From assembly GCA_028826165.1 (NCBI GenBank), contig JAPDFW010000105.1:1-64000 (forward strand): DNA of 64,000 bases, written 5' to 3'. The notes beneath the pieces were generated by a model. It ran no database searches. It saw only the letters and a list, made by a program, of their open reading frames with translations, and had not been told where the DNA came from. Made by a program: the position numbers and the translations under genes. Below are positions 50,400-61,769 of the stretch, piece after piece. Position 1 is the first letter of the stretch; the number at the start of each line of letters is the position of its first letter. This stretch comes from Anaeramoeba ignava BMAN (lineage: Eukaryota > Protista > Anaeramoebae).

Positions 50400-53300
50400 A
50401 TGTCAAAATTTTCTAATTATAAAATTGGATTACAAAAAGCTTTAATTTCAAATAAAGAAAGTGAATTAAATAAATATAGGAAACTATTTAAAAAAAAAAA
50501 ATTTCTTCAAGTAAAAAAAGATTAAAAAAAGATTAAAATTGATTATAATTTTTAATTTGAAATTTTTAGCATTTCAACCCTTTATTTTTTGCTTTAGAAA
50601 ATAAATGTTCTTTAAACACAATTAAATTTTTACTTGATAAAGAAATTAGTCCAAATTCTATTCAAGAAAAAACACATTTATCAAAAAAAGTAAATTCAAA
50701 AAAACTAAATTCAAAAAAAGTAAATTCAAAAAAAGTAAATGATTTTTGAAAATTTAAATTTAAATTTAAATTTACTTTTTTAAAAATTTTATTTAGCAAA
50801 TTCACACAAATGAAAACAATTTAGAAATGACTGCTCTTCATTTTGCAGTTTCTATTAATTCAAGCACTGAAATTATTTCTGCTTTATTAGATGCAGGAGG
50901 TGATCCAAATTTACTTTCAGTAAATTTTTAAATTTTTAATTTTTAAATTTTAAATTTTTAATTTTTAAATTTTTAAATTTTGATTAGAATGTAATTATTA
51001 TTTTTGAGTTTTAATTTAAAGTTAAAATTTTAATTTTTTAATTTTAGATTGTAAATAAATATTTTTTTAGTTGAATTTAGAATTTAAAGAATTTAAAAAA
51101 TTTAAAAGGGATTTTCTTGTTTACATTATGCAATATATAAAAAATCAAATTATGAAACTATTAAAAAATTACTTGAATCTGGTTCAGATCCAAATCAAAT
51201 ACCTGTAAATCATATTTTAATATTAAAAATGAAAAATTAAAAATTAATTTTGGTTTTATAGCAAGTAAATTTTATTATTCTTTCAATCAAAAACAAAATC
51301 AAAAACAAATGATTAAAATAAAAATCATTTTATTGTTTATTTACTGATATTTTTTTTAAAAAAAAATAGTTAGTTCATTCAACTAAAAAAATAGAATTAG
51401 AAGTAAAAATCAAAATTAAAATATAAATTAAAATCAAAATTAAAATCAAAATCAAAATCAAAATTAAAATTAAAATTAAAATTAAAATAAAAATAAAAAT
51501 AAAAATAAAAATCAAAATCAAAATAAAATCAAAATCAAAATCAAAATCAAAATCAAAATCAAAATCAAAATCAAAATCAAAATTAAAATATAAATCAAAA
51601 TCAAAATCAAAATCAAAATCAAAATTAAAATTAAAATCAAAATCAAAATTAAAATAAAAATAAAAATCAAAATAAAAATCAAAATATAAATCAAAATCAA
51701 AATCAAAATCAAAATCAAAATAAAATTAAAATAAAAATAAAAATCAAAATCAAAATTAAAATCAAAATCAAAATCAAAATCAAAATCAAAATCAAAAAAA
51801 ATCAAAAATCAAAATCAAAATCAAAATTAAAATTAAAATTAAAATCAAAATCAAAATCAAAATCAAAATCAAAATTAAAAATCAAAATTAAAATTAAAAT
51901 TAAATCAAAATCAAAAATAAAAATCAAAATCAAAATAAAAATCAAAATTAAAAATAAATCAAAATCAAAATATAAATCAAAATCAAAATTAAAATATAAA
52001 ATCAAAATTAAAATATAAATCAAAATCAAAATCAAAATTAAAATAAAATCAAAATTAAAATTAAAATTAAAATCAAAATTAAAATCAAAATCAAAATCAA
52101 AATCAAAATCAAAATCAAAATCAAAATCAAAATCAAAATAAAAATAAAAATCAAAATCAAAATCAAAAATAAAAATCAAAAATAAAAATAAAAATAAAAA
52201 TAAAAATCAAAATAAAAATCAAAATTAAAATTAAAATCAAAATCAAAATCAAAATTAAAATATAAATCAAAATTAAAATCAAAATCAAAATCAAAATCAA
52301 AATCAAAATCAAAATCAAAATAAAAATAAAAATATAAATCAAAATTAAAATAAAAATCAAAATCAAAATTAAAATCAAAATCAAAATTAAAATAAAAATC
52401 AAAATAAAAATATAAATCAAAATCAAAATAAAAATCAAAATCAAAATCAAAATCAAAATCAAAATAAAAATCAAAATCAAAATTAAAATATAAATCAAAA
52501 TCAAAATAAAAATCAAAATCAAAATCAAAATAAAAATATAAATCAAAATCAAAATTAAAATCAAAATCAAAATATAAATTAAAATCAAAATCAAAATTTA
52601 GGTTACAAAAAAACCAATTTATCTCGCAATTGAAAATCAACATCCAGCACAAGTTATTCAACTTTTAATCGATTTTAAAGCTAAAATAAATCTTTTACAT
52701 GTTAATATTTGAAAAATTTTTTTCATTTCAAAAATTTTTTTTTAATTTAAATTTTTAATTATTTATTTAGATTCCAAATTTACTTCATCATGCTTGTAGA
52801 TTTAGTTCAGATTCTGAAATTTTTAAATTACTTTTATACTTAGGATTTGATTCAGATCGACCTGATGTTTGAATTTTAATTTCAAAAATGAAAAGAAAAA
52901 ATTTTTTAATTCCAAAAAAAGGATGTAAAAAAAAAAATTAATTTAGTTTGAATTTGAAAATGAGAATGAAAATTGATTTTTGTGTTTGTTTGTTGTTTTG
53001 ATATCTTTATTATTTAGGATGTAATTTGATAAATAATTTCATTTTATTAAAAAAAATAGTTTTATTAATAAAATTTGATTTAAAAACAAAAAGCATAAAG
53101 CTCCATTACATTTAATTTGCCAATATAATCCAACACTTGAAAATATCAAAATATTCATTGAATCAGGTGCAAATAAGAATGGACAAGATGTAATTTCATT
53201 TTTTAAAATTAAAATTCATTTTGAAAATTAAAATTAAAATTTTTAATAGTTTGTAAAAGAAAATTTTTTTATTGAAAATTATTTTTGATTGATTTTTTGA

Positions 53301-55252
53301 TTTGATTTTTTAAGTTTGTAAAATTTTGTTTTTCTTTTTAATCAAATTTACATTTGGTTTTTAAAAAAAAAAAAAAAGAAAAAAACTCCTCTTCATTATA
53401 TTTGTAGTGAACAAGAAGTTAATTTTGAATCTTTAAAATTTCTTATTAATTCTGGAGCTGATTTTTCGCTTCAAGATGTAAAAAATATCTATATTTGAAA
53501 TATAATTCATTTAAAAATGGAAAATTTTTTTTCCAAAAACATGAAAAGAACGTAAAAAATAATTTTCATTTTAAGAAAAAACAAAAAATTTATATAATTT
53601 AATTTTGTTTTTAGTTTGTATTTTCATTTTGAAAAGAAAATCATTTGATTTAAATTTAATTTTTTCTTTATTTAGAGAAGAACACCACTTCATTATCTTT
53701 GTCAAAGTTATAAAAATTTAGAATGTGTTAAATATCTTGTTAATCTTGGTGCAGATGTAAATATTCGAGATGTAAATTTACCAATAAAAAAAAATTTATT
53801 AAGTAAAATAATTGAAAATTTTTTTTAGTTGGTAAATAAATTTTTTTTTATTGAATTTAATTAATTATTTCATTTTGTTAAAAGGCAGTAAATTATTTTT
53901 AAAGGAAATTTTAGAAATGTTTTGAAGAAAAAAATAATAATATTTTATTGGAAATTTAAAAAAAAATATATTAGAATAAAACTCCTCTTCATTTTGCTTG
54001 TAGTTCTAAAGAAAATGATGAAATTATTCAATTTTTAATAAAATCGGGTTCAAATCCAAAAATATCTTCTGTAAATTTTTTTTATTTATTCAATTTTAAA
54101 AGGAAAATTAAAGAAACAAATTTGGAAATTATAAAAATAGTTTGTAAATTATTTTCATTTTCTTATTTTCTTAATTTTTATTTTTAATTTTGAATTTAGA
54201 ATGTATTTTGATTTTTTTCTGATTAAGATATATTTATTTGAATATTTCCTTTTTAAAATTAATTATAATTAATAAAAGCTTGTAAAGAAAAAAATATTTG
54301 AATTTAATCATGAAATTAAAAATTAATCAATTCAAATATTTTTATTAAAAGGGAGTAAATATTTTTATAATAATATTTAAAAATAATATTTAATATTTAT
54401 TTTTTATATAGCCTAAAACACCACTTCAAATGGCTGTTTTATCATCTGCAAATATTGACACAATTTTATTATTATTAGATTTTGGAGCAAAATCTACAGG
54501 AATAGTAATTTGAATAAAAATTAAAAATTTAGAATTAAAAAATTAAAAAATTTAAAAATTTTTATAAATAAAATATTTAGCGTGCTGTTAATGAAAAAAT
54601 GAGATGTTTATTTCAATATCATTCAAGTTTTATTGAAGATATGCAAAAATTATATGAAGATTCAGAAACTTGTGATCTTGAAGTACAAATATTAGATGGG
54701 AAAATAGGGTTTCATAAATTAATTTTGCAAAGTAGAATAGGATATGATTATTCACAAGTTTTAAGAGTGCTTCAAAAACATTATTTAAAATCAGTGAGTG
54801 TTTTTAAATGCTTTCTTTATACAGGACAAACCAAAAAAGAAGAAGAAGATGAAATTATCAAGATCATTTTGGAACAAATTGGAAGAATTGATTTGTTCGA
54901 TAAAGATTCACAGCATTATATTATTAATGATCTCACAAAAATGTGGGAAAAAGATGATGAAACAAAGGATTTTACAATTAAAGTCGGTGAAAATCAAATA
55001 CGAGTTCATAGAACTATATTGATTGCAAGAAGTGATTTATATAGAGGAATGTTTATAAGTGTTGTTGATGATTCTGCAGAGGTTCATGATTATTCTCAGA
55101 AAAGTTTTGATACTGTTTATGCTTTGATTCAGTTTTTTTATACTGAGAAATTAGACAAAAAAAATCTAATTGTGGATGAATTATATGATGCAATTGATTA
55201 TTATCAATTAAATGCGAATTCGATGCTTAGATACTTTTTAAATTTTGATTAA
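50400..55252 (+). CDS. Ankyrin-repeat (10 repeats) + tandem BTB protein; 28 predicted exons including 15 single-codon microexons, ~624 aa
   Basis: Main exons 50400-50510, 50570-50689, 50797-50919, 51109-51204, 51370-51402, 52602-52700, 52771-52866, 53094-53189, 53379-53477, 53676-53771, 53975-54070, 54412-54504, 54581-55252. TPLH/TALH/APLH..GAD/GSN motifs; BTB motifs HKLILQSR and HRTILIARSDLYRGMF. All introns are GT-AG and phase 0. Confidence 0.85.
50988..54354 (+). other. Array of 15 predicted 3-nt microexons (AG|NNN|GT)
   Basis: 50988 AAT, 51048 ATT, 51262 CAA, 52922 GAT, 53018 GAT, 53250 TTT, 53315 TTT, 53549 AAC, 53615 TTT, 53829 TTG, 53885 GCA, 54141 TTT, 54200 AAT, 54279 CTT, 54352 GGA. 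Each is preceded by TAG/AAG and followed by GTAA/GTAT, spaced by typical short-intron lengths. Confidence 0.8.
51404..52598. repeat. (AAAATC/AAAATT/AAAATA)n intronic microsatellite, G-free on the sense strand
   Basis: Hexamer repeat between donor 51403 and acceptor 52601. Confidence 0.9.
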
Positions 55253-55294
55253 TTTTCTCATTTAAATTTTTATTACATTTTTCTTTTTTTCAAT

Positions 55295-56078
55295 CTAAAT
55301 TAAATCTGAATTATCTAATTCAAATTGTTCAATAAAATCATTTAATCTTTTTCTTTCCTTTTCTTTTTCAATTTCCTGAATTTGTAAATAAACTTCATTT
55401 TGTAAATCATTTCCTCCTTTTATCCAAGCAAATGCTAATTTTTTTTGTTTCCAATCAATAGAATTTGAATTTAAATTTTTCAAATTTGGACAACAAAAAA
55501 GAATTTTATTTGCCAAAAAAGGATCAAATTGAAGAAGTTGAGAATTTCCAGAAATATCAAGAAGAAGAATATTGGGTAAATATTTAAGAATATTTGTAAT
55601 TTCAACTGATGAATTAAGTTTGTTATTTGATAAATCCTAAAGTATTTAAATTTCCAATTTTTTTCAATTCATTTAAATCTTCATTTGATTCAATTAAATT
55701 CCCTTTAATTCTTAAAGTTTTTAATTTTTTTAAACAAGAAATTGATTCAATTTTGGAAATTATATTATAACTTAAATCTAATTCTTCAAGAAAAATTAGT
55801 GAATCAAGATTTTCAATTTTAGAAATTGAATTATGACTTAAACTTAAAAATTCAAGTTGAATAAGTTTTTCCAATCCAGTTATTTTTTTAATATTGTTAT
55901 TATTTAGATATAAAGTTTTTAAATTGATATATTTTTCTAAATTTTCTATTTTTTTAATGTTTTTTGTTTGTAAATAAAGGATTGTATTTAATTCTGGAGT
56001 TACATACATTCCTTTCATTCTTCCTAATTTAATAAGAAATTTTTTTGTAATTTTTTGTGATTTATTTTTTGAAATCAT
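55295..56078 (-). CDS. DNAAF1: Dynein axonemal assembly factor 1 (ODA7/LRRC50)-like LRR protein; frameshift ~55640
   Basis: KITKKFLIKL..MYVTPELNTILYL..IKKIENLEKY..LKTLYL matches the DNAAF1 N-terminal pattern; LRRs; downstream AFAWIKGG motif. Confidence 0.75.
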
Positions 56079-56099
56079 TATAGAAGAAAAATGAAAATG

Positions 56100-56660
56100 A
56101 AATTGAAATTAAAATTTAAAATTTAAAATAAATTAAAATAAAAATTGACTTTGAAATTTAAAATTAAAATTAAATTCCTTCAAAAAATTAAATTAAAATA
56201 AATTAAATTAAAATTTAAAATTTAAAATAAATTAAAATAAAAATTGACTTTGAAATTTAAAATTAAAATTTGAAATTAATTGAAATTAAAATTAAAATAA
56301 ATTGAATTGAAATTGAATTGAAATTAAATTTAAAATAAATTGAAATAAAAATTGATTTAAATTTAAATTAAATTGAAATTGAATTAAATTAAATTTAAAT
56401 TAAATTGAAATAAAATTGATTTTGAAATTTAAATTAAAATAAATTGAAATTAAATTGAAATTGAATTGAAATAAAATTGATTTTGAAATTGAAATTTAAT
56501 TTAAAATAAATTCCTTCATTAAATTCCTTCAAAAAATTAATTTGAAATTGAAATTAAATTCCTTCAAAAAATGGAATTAAATTGAATTGAAATTAAATTG
56601 AATTTAAATTGAATTTAAATTGAATAAAATTGAAATGAAATTAAATTGAAATGAAATTAA
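56100..56660. repeat. Low-complexity AAATT/GAAATT intergenic tract
   Basis: Short degenerate tandem units. Confidence 0.7.
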
Positions 56661-56674
56661 ATTCCTCATCTTCT

Positions 56675-59600
56675 TTATAAACAAAATTTCGCATATTTAA
56701 GTGTATTTCGATAATGACTAGTAGCCCAAGTATGAGGAAATAAAGCAGCAAATTTTCTTGCTTCAGGTAAATTTTTTGTTGAGCAAAAAATTAAAAAAGG
56801 TAAATCAGAATGAAGTTGATTCCTTAAAAAAGGCAAAATCACTTTTGAATTATAAAAGTTTGAAATGAATCTCAAATTAAAAACATTTGATCCTGGATGA
56901 GTCTTCAAAAACGAGACAATATCACTTTGAGCAGAAGGGAGATCAATAACTCTTTTAGGAGAAGCATTTGAAACTTCAATTCTTGTTTCGGGAGCAAAGT
57001 GAATTCTAACACTTGATTTTTTGGATTTTTTTTTAATCAAATTATTTTCCTTAAAATCCACATCGCAAAAATAAATTTCTCGGAAAATTTCTGGTTCTGG
57101 AAGAATTTGGAACACAAATCTGAACTGTTCAAAATCAATACTCTTTGCATACTTGAAAACAAGAAGGGCAAGAGTCTTCAAAGAAGAAGAAACATTAGTG
57201 AGTTTTTTTGTGGGGAAAATAGAAGCGGCTTCATTTGCGTTGAATTGAAGCTCGAGAATTGAATTGAGAAGTTCGTTGTAAACAAACAAGCCTCCTTTAT
57301 GAGGAAGAGGATAATCATTTTTGATTGCAAGATACATTCTTTCTTCAATCCCCAGTTTGCGGAGTGTATTGAACGGCTGGATCTTCTGGATCGTTTGCAA
57401 AGATGCTTCTTTTGCTTTTCCCACAAATTCCGTCTTGCTAAGTGGATATGCAAATGGTAATGTCATTCCAGAAAAAAGTCGTGAAAATCGATCCGAATTT
57501 GTTATAAATACGTTTCTGTAATTGCTTTCTTGCACTATTTTCGTTGCAACGCTAATCTTGCGACAGTAAATCATCACAGGAACCTCAGATTTCCATTGTT
57601 TCCGTATTATGGGAAGTAATTCCTTTGCAGAGCTGTTGTTGCATATAATTCTTATTGAGGTTAGATTGTTGGGATCCAAAAGTTCCGACTTCAAAGTGTT
57701 TTCAAGAAAAAATTGATCTTTTGTTGATAATCTTGAGTAAATTTGCAAATTGGGACTTATTTTTTTCAATGTTTGTTCAATTTTCAAATTGTTTCGACTT
57801 GGATCGAACCAATATAACTTTGGTTGAGACTCACTTTCTGTTTTGATTTCATTTACTTCTTTTGTTTTTTCTTTTTCTTCTTTTTTTGGTTGATCCAAAA
57901 TCTCATCATCATCGTCAATATCGCTATAAGAAGATTCGGAAAGTGAAATTGAATCATCTTGCACAATAATTTTTTTCTCATCTTTTTCTTTTTCTTTTTC
58001 TTTTTCTTTTTGTTGATCTTGATTAAAAAGTGCTATAAAATGAAAAACACTCATTGATAATCCAAGTTTAAGAATTCTGAATTTTAGATCATAGAAGTTA
58101 TTTGGAGATTGGTAGTAGCCAATAACCATTGCAGATAATCCTGAGTAATCTTCTTCTTTCATATGGTAGTTTTCATTATTATTGATGATATCAAGAATTA
58201 TAGAAAATCTGAGTCTTACGATATTACTTTTAGTTTGTTTAATATAATTTTCGAGAAGAGAAATTAAAGAAGCGCGTTGATTTCCAGTTTTTTCATTTGG
58301 AATTTCATTTGGAATTTCATTTGGAATTTCATTTTGGATTTCATTTTGAATTTCATTTTTGGATTTCTTTTTGGATTTCTTTTGGAATTTCTTTTTGGAT
58401 TTCTTGATTTTTGACAGCTATATTTTCGTTATTGTTATTATTGTTATTATTGTTGTTATTGTTATTATTATTATTGTTGTTGTTATTGTTATTGTTATTG
58501 TTATTGATCTGTTTCTCATCTTTCACTCCTGATTCTTGTATTGTTGTTGTTGTTGTTGTTGTTTTTGTTTGTTTCACTTGTGTAGGCGCATAAACACGAA
58601 GATTTGATTGATTTGAATTTAATTGAGGAGGTAAAAATGGTCTATTATAATTTGCAAAAGAAGCAAGATCGCAAGTCAAAAGCCAACTTGCAAGCTTATT
58701 ATTTGAACTTTGAGCTTTCTCAAGAGGAGTTTGATTTGCAGAACTTTTAACATTAGTTTGCGCACCATAAGATCTAAGTAAGGGAATCAAATTCGGTGCA
58801 AATTGAACAGCAATATGAAGTGGGGTTTCGCCTTTTGCATCACAAAGACCAAGATTGACCTTGCCTGTTGCCAAAAGTATCTTTACAGACTCAGGGCTGT
58901 TATTGGCGATAGCAAGATGAATTGGGGAAGCCTTTCCGTTATTCTGTTGGTTCACCGTTTTCCATGTTAAAGAATTTTCCTTATTTCCCAAATTTCCATT
59001 TTTGGTATCAATTTGTGTTACATAACGAATCAATGATTGAAGCAATTGGACATTACTTGGATAAACAGATAGATGGAATATTGTGGATCCGTATTTAGTC
59101 TTTTTTTCCAGATCTGCGCCTGCATTTATGAGTAATTGAGCGATTTCGGAATTTCCTGTTTTGGAGAGATAATGAATTGGTGCCCAATCGTTATTGGGTT
59201 GCTTATTAAGATCAGCTCCAAGTCGGATCAGTGTACTAACACAAGAGGCACTCTGATATATAATTGCTATGCACAGCGGTGAAAGCGGGGACTTGTCTTG
59301 TGTTACAGCATTGGGATCCATTTTTCCCTTTTGGATAAGTAATTCAACTGAATTTTCTTTTCCGTGTTTGACAGCAACTTGTAGAACATTCCATCCACGT
59401 TTGTTCTTCTTTGAAAGATCGGCTTTCATCTCAATAACTGCCGTTAGGCACTTCTTGTCATTTGATTTTGCTGCATAGAACACTGCTGTTTCCTGGTGTT
59501 TATCTGCATCCTCAATTCCAAGTCCGTTTTTCGCAAATTCTCGTAAACAATCCAAAAAACCACCACGTGTTGCCACGTGTAAAGGTGAACTTCCATTTTT

Positions 59601-60452
59601 TTTTGTAATTTTCAAGTTGCATTTCAAAGATATAAGTTCGGAGATAATTTTCTTGCTCCCGATTTTTGCGGCTAAATGAGCACAAGTTTCACCTTTTTTT
59701 GTAAGCGCGTTAATGTCAGCACCGGCATTGACAAGTATAGATAAAGGATCATGCCATTGTTGGATGACAGCGATATGCAGAGCAGTAAATCCATCACTTG
59801 TTTTGGCATTGACATCGCAGTGGGAATCCAAAACAGTTTTTAAACAATCCATTTTTTGGTAGAAACAACAATAATGAAGTGGATTAACGCCACTTGAATC
59901 CAAACCATCAATTATTGTTTTTTTCTCTTCTTTTGGCCGTGAACTTTGGGTTACAATTTTAAGCAACGCTTTTACAATCTCAACATAACCTTCAACACAC
60001 GCCAATGTCAGTCCTGATCTTCCTTTCGAATCAAAAAGTCCCAGAGTATCAAAATTGGCATTGACAATTGCCTTCACAACCTCAAGTTGATTACCTGTAA
60101 CTGCCAAATGAATTGCAGTTTCACCAAGTGAGTTTGCCCCCATTAAATCAACTCCGTTTTCAATCAATGTCAATGCAACTTGCCAATGTCTTTTTTTAAT
60201 AGAAACAAGAATTGGAGTATTTTGGAAATTTGTTTTGGGATTTAAATTCACTTTTTTTTTCACAACAGCTTCAACTAAATTGTTTTTACCCATTTGAGAG
60301 CAAATATGCAAAATTGTAAATTTTGTGTCTCCTTCATCACTTTCAAATTCCCCAATTGGAAGATTTAAATCTTCAACAGTTGTTTTTTGAAGATCGGTTA
60401 GAAATTGTTTTTCATTTCCTGAAGTTAATAATTTGTAAAGAGAGTCAGACAT
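56675..60452 (-). CDS. Large intronless ankyrin-repeat protein with C-terminal alpha/beta (receiver-like) domains; single gene with a frameshift at ~58356
   Basis: ~16 ankyrin repeats in 60452-58353. Removing one A in the EIQK/EIQN repeat continues EIPNEKTGNQRASLISLLENY...NYHMKEEDYS into ORF 58162-56675. Confidence 0.75.
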
Positions 60453-60622
60453 TTTAATAATGAAAAAAAAAATGAAAAAAAAAATGAAAAAAAAAATTAA
60501 AATTGAAATTAGAATTAAAATTAGAATTAAAATTGAAATGAAATTAGAATTGAAATTGGAATGAAATTGGAATTAAAATTGAAATTAAAATTGGAATTGA
60601 AAATGAAATGGAAAATTCTTTT

Positions 60623-61724
60623 TCATTTCTTTCTTTTGAAAATCTTTAACAAAAAATTTCGTAAAATTTCTTTTGGAAAGATTTTCAACGATTCAATAAG
60701 TTTTTCTAAATTCTCAAAAGCAACATTTTCATAAGTATGAAATTTCGAATCAAGATCTAATTCTTGATAAATTTTTTTGATGATCGATATAGATTTGGGA
60801 GAATCATGAGAATAATTTTTATAAAGTAATTGTTTTTGATTTTCATCAGCAATTTCCAGAGCTTGAACAATAAGCCAAGAACATTTACCATCTTGAATAT
60901 CTGTTCCAATTTTTCCAAGAATTTGTGGATCACCATAACAATCCAAATAATCATCTTGAATCTGAAAATACTTTCCCATTTCAAGCAAAATTGGTTTCGC
61001 TTCTTTAAGTAATTGCTTTGTATTTAAATCTTCTCGATAATTTGAAGCCAAAATTACCCCCAAAGCAACGGGTAGGTAAAACGAATAATAAGCAGTTTTG
61101 AGATTAACAATTTGTTCGTGATATTCTTTAGTGAATGTCTCGAAATTAGGAGTTGTATTTGGAGGCGTGGATAACAAATCTAGCATTTGACCCATTTCGG
61201 TTTTCCAGGAAATTTTATGGAAAATATTCATTAATTCAAGATAAATTTTGTCATTTTTGAAATGTGTTTTCAGCAATTTGTAAAGTATATTCTCAAGAAT
61301 AAATGAATCATTAATCGCAATTTCGCCAATAGATTCAAGTTTGTACCAACAAGTTTGACCTCTTCTCATGAGTGATTTGTCCATAATATCATCAGCAACA
61401 AGAAAAAATCCTTGAAGAAATTCCACTGTCCATCCAAGAATTATTGCTTTTTTTAACTTTTCTGAATCTGCATCATTTAAGAAAGACTTGAATGTTTCAA
61501 TTACAGTTATTCCTCTTGTTAGTTTTCCATGAGGAACATTATATTCAATATTCTTTAATTTAAATGTAAGTCAATAAAAAAACATGGAAAAATTGCATAA
61601 GAATTTTTACTTTTTTTAAATGGTCAAGTGCTAATTTTGGTATTTTTGTTTTCATTGAATTAATAATTTCTTCAACAATTTTTGGGAATTCATTTAATAA
61701 AAGCTCTCTGTAATTTTCACTCAT
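60623..61724 (-). CDS. FDPS: Farnesyl diphosphate synthase
   Basis: NVPHGKLTRG, FFLVADDIMD (FARM), RRGQ, GQMLDL, KTAYYSF, FQIQDDYLD (SARM); exons 61724-61611 and 61552-60623. Confidence 0.95.
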
Positions 61725-61769
61725 AATGCAATCAATAAGAAAAGAAGAAGGGAAAAATAAAATTTTTTC

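Noticed and set aside
51518-52661. Poly-DF/IL ORFs on the minus strand
   Set aside because: Antisense translation of the intronic (AAAATC)n tract
52941-52952. ATTTAG-TTT-GA (and TTAG-TTG-AA at ~51067) as further microexons
   Set aside because: No GT donor follows and the upstream intron would be ~20 nt; at most decayed copies
53911-53921. TTAG-AAAT-GT as a 4-nt microexon
   Set aside because: Would shift the frame, and the upstream intron would be only ~27 nt
1-58360. Programmed frameshifting or mass pseudogenisation at the many frame breaks (e.g. ~4640, 18020, 22192, 23722, 46410, 55640, 58356)
   Set aside because: Breaks lie in homopolymer runs and differ between mirrored copies, so long-read consensus errors are the simpler explanation
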